From: Microcoleus sp.
GTDB lineage: Bacteria > Cyanobacteriota > Cyanobacteriia > Cyanobacteriales > Microcoleaceae
Length of the DNA: 64,000 nucleotides
Direction of reading: 5' to 3'
NCBI GenBank assembly: GCA_052279835.1
Contig: CP181291.1
Location: forward strand, 5,248,001-5,312,000
A model generated the notes under the pieces. The model ran no database searches, was not told the origin of the DNA, and saw only the letters and a list, made by a program, of their open reading frames with translations. Every line of letters begins with the position of its first letter. Positions within the stretch are counted from its first letter, which is position 1. Positions 61,455 to 64,000 of this stretch are shown here, one piece after another. The translations under genes and the position numbers were made by a program.

Positions 61455-62870
61455 ATGAAAGTAACCCAGGAAAAACTTCCAGCTAGCCAAATTGGTCTGG
61501 AAATCGAAGTACCATCAGAAAAGTCAAAACAAGCCTACGAGCAAGTAATTAAACAATTTGCTCGCGAGATTAACATTCCTGGGTTCCGCAAAGGCAAAGT
61601 TCCCCGCCAAGTTTTGCTACAGCGCCTAGGTCAAACTCGATTGAAGGCGACGGCTTTGGAAAATTTGATTAACGACTCCCTGCAAAAAGCCCTGGAACAA
61701 GAAAAAATTGCAGCCATTGGCACTTTTGAACTCAGCACCGAGTTTGAAGAGTTACTGTCTAAGTTTGACCCGGAACAGCCCTTGACATTCTCAGCTAAGG
61801 TTGACGTAGAACCAGAAGTCAAAATGGGTGAGTACACAGGCTTGCAACTTCAAGCAGAAGAAGCTAAGTACGATGAGACTCAAGTAGATGAGGTATTGGC
61901 AAAATATCGATCGGACAAAGCTGCTTTAATCCCCATAGAAGGCAGACCAGCTCAATTAGGAGATATGGCTTTAGTTGATTTCTCCGGCAGATTTGCAGAG
62001 GCACCAGAAGGCGAAACTCCCGCAGAAATTCCCGGCGGTCAAGCCGAAGACTTTCAAGTAGAATTATCTGAAAATCAGTTTGTACCTGGTTTTATCCAAG
62101 GCATGATCGGAATGAATCCGGGAGAAACCAGAGAAGTTTCTGTACAGTTTCCTGACGAGTATAGCAGTGAAGAATTAGCCGGAAAACCAGCAGTCTTTAC
62201 GATTACTCTCAAAGAACTTAAGGAAAAAGAATTGCCGGAGTTGGACGACGATTTCGCCCAAGAAGTTAGCGAGTTTGAAACCTTGGCAGAACTGCGCGAG
62301 TCCCTAGAAACTCGCTTTAAAGGAGACCAAGAGCGCAAAACGTCAGGGAACAAAGAAAAAGCAATATTAGAAGCCCTAGTGGAACTAATAGAAGTGGAAA
62401 TTCCCGAAACAATGCTAGAACGCGAAGTAGATTTCTTGCTGAACCAACAAGCAGCCCAATTGAAAAATTACGGCATAGATATCAACCAACTGTTTACTGA
62501 AGAAAACATGGGACCGATGCGGGAACGCTCCCGTCCAGAAGCCATCCATCGCATCAAGCAGTCTCTAGCTCTAGCAGAAATAGCCAAGCTGGAATCTTTG
62601 TCTGTAGAACCCGCAGAAGTAGCAGCAGAAGTAGCTAGCGTCAGAAAGCAGTTTCCGAAAGGAGATTTTGACCCCGAAAGGTTGCAGCAATTTGTCCGAG
62701 AAGACTTGCTCAAACAAAAAACCCTCAAATGGTTGGAAGAAAAGGGGACAATCGAACTCTTACCAGAAGGTTCTCTGACTCCGGTAGTAGATGAAGATGA
62801 AGATGAAGATGATGAAGAAACTTCAGAAGCATCCACAACTGTTGAAGTAGAAGTGGTAGGAGAAAACTAG
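61455..62870 (+). CDS. tig: Trigger factor
   Basis: IPGFRKGKVP, FKBP domain, acidic tail. Confidence 0.96.
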   Translation: MKVTQEKLPASQIGLEIEVPSEKSKQAYEQVIKQFAREINIPGFRKGKVPRQVLLQRLGQTRLKATALENLINDSLQKALEQEKIAAIGTFELSTEFEELLSKFDPEQPLTFSAKVDVEPEVKMGEYTGLQLQAEEAKYDETQVDEVLAKYRSDKAALIPIEGRPAQLGDMALVDFSGRFAEAPEGETPAEIPGGQAEDFQVELSENQFVPGFIQGMIGMNPGETREVSVQFPDEYSSEELAGKPAVFTITLKELKEKELPELDDDFAQEVSEFETLAELRESLETRFKGDQERKTSGNKEKAILEALVELIEVEIPETMLEREVDFLLNQQAAQLKNYGIDINQLFTEENMGPMRERSRPEAIHRIKQSLALAEIAKLESLSVEPAEVAAEVASVRKQFPKGDFDPERLQQFVREDLLKQKTLKWLEEKGTIELLPEGSLTPVVDEDEDEDDEETSEASTTVEVEVVGEN

Positions 62871-63036
62871 CACCCGAAGCTAGAAGGGAAAAGGGGGGAG
62901 GGGGTGGCCAAATTCCCAATTCCCAATCCCCAATTCCCCCATCTCAGTCTAGAAAGGGCATAATAGTTAAAAGCTGGCGGCTTAATTTCAAGCTTTAATC
63001 AGCCGTAAAAAGTCTATAATCCTTGACTGGTGTCTT

Positions 63037-63726
63037 ATGGTTGTATCTCAATCTTCCAACTACCTAATTACAAGCTCTAACAATTTTGAGGTCAGCGACC
63101 ACCCCAGCAACGTAGTGCCAATGGTACTCGAACAGTCGGGGATGGGCGAGCGAGCCTTTGACATTTACTCGCGCTTGCTGCGGGAGCGCATTGTGTTTTT
63201 AGGAACCCCTGTAACTGACGAAGTGGCAGACTCCATAGTGGCTCAGCTACTGTTTCTAGACGCCGAAGACCCAGAAAAAGACATTCAAATGTACATAAAT
63301 TCCCCCGGTGGTTCGGTGACGGCCGGCATGGCAATTTATGACACAATGCAACAAATCCGCCCCGATGTGGTGACAATTTGTTACGGTTTAGCAGCAAGTA
63401 TGGGTGCATTTCTGTTGACAGCGGGAGCCGCGGGCAAACGGATGTCTCTGCCCAGTTCGAGAATTATGATTCACCAGCCCCTGGGCGGTGCCCAAGGTCA
63501 AGCAGTAGATATTGAGATTCAAGCCAAAGAAATCCTTTATCATAAGCGTAAGCTGAATGAACTGTTAGCGCACCACACAGGTCAACCGCTCGATAAATTA
63601 GAGGCAGATACCGATCGCGACTTTTTCATGTCAGCGGCAGAAGCCAAAGATTACGGATTGGTCGATAAAGTCATAGCTAAGGAAAACCTTCCGGCGGCGG
63701 GAGAGAATGTCACTGCACTGAATTAA
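63037..63726 (+). CDS. clpP: ATP-dependent Clp protease proteolytic subunit
   Basis: DIYSRLL, INSPGG, AASMG, IHQP. Confidence 0.96.
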   Translation: MVVSQSSNYLITSSNNFEVSDHPSNVVPMVLEQSGMGERAFDIYSRLLRERIVFLGTPVTDEVADSIVAQLLFLDAEDPEKDIQMYINSPGGSVTAGMAIYDTMQQIRPDVVTICYGLAASMGAFLLTAGAAGKRMSLPSSRIMIHQPLGGAQGQAVDIEIQAKEILYHKRKLNELLAHHTGQPLDKLEADTDRDFFMSAAEAKDYGLVDKVIAKENLPAAGENVTALN

Positions 63727-63735
63727 GAGGCTGTT

Positions 63736-64000
63736 ATGTCTAAATACGACTCCCATCTAAAATGTTCCTTTTGTGGCAAGTCTCAAGAGCAGGTACGCAA
63801 GTTGATCGCAGGCCCAGCAGTATATATCTGCGATGAATGTGTTGACTTGTGCAATGAAATTTTAGATGAGGAGTTGTTTGACTCCACTGCCGTGCCGGCC
63901 GCGACGGCAGTACCTCCAAAGCCGGAAACCAGCCAAAAGCGTCGCACTACTTCCGGCAAAAGCCTGTCTCTGAGCCAAATTCCCAAGCCTAGGGAAATTA
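63736..64000 (+). CDS. clpX: ClpX, 5' part, runs off the window
   Basis: [43 protein letters not shown]. Confidence 0.95.
   Translation, partial: MSKYDSHLKCSFCGKSQEQVRKLIAGPAVYICDECVDLCNEILDEELFDSTAVPAATAVPPKPETSQKRRTTSGKSLSLSQIPKPREI

Noticed and set aside
1..64000. tRNA, rRNA, CRISPR-cas, reverse transcriptase/DGR, integrase or intact transposase
   Set aside because: None recognised by manual reading; a covariance-model or HMM scan would be needed to exclude them

Overview
Cyanobacterial chromosomal window, probably a filamentous Oscillatoriales of the Microcoleus type, judged from abundant HIP1 octamers (GCGATCGC), heptameric tandem repeats and dense REP/MITE-like palindromes. Core loci: petJ-psbV2-psbV, accD, pilD, mntCAB, cbiMNQ, hglK-like, moaD, P450, phosphoketolase, phoX, folK-NUDIX-phr, thrC-like plus sulfur carrier, rnj-dapA-asd and tig-clpP-clpX. 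Accessory DNA is interleaved: a frameshifted giant RTX protein, five Uma2 genes, three TA modules (two with disabled toxins), a dynamin-like GTPase, a STAND ATPase and several pseudogenes. Main leads: (1) a complete integron-type gene cassette (core site, ORF, attC) with no integrase in the window, plus possible degenerate half-attC sites behind the dynamin and BrnT module; (2) a cobalamin riboswitch leading an unknown protein and a class I methyltransferase; (3) a thrC-like/sulfur-carrier operon with an IscR/Rrf2-type box, suggesting a sulfur-amino-acid role; (4) a candidate sRNA; (5) tiny mobile repeats inserted in frame in a gene, into HIP1 and into each other. All calls come from manual reading; no searches were run.
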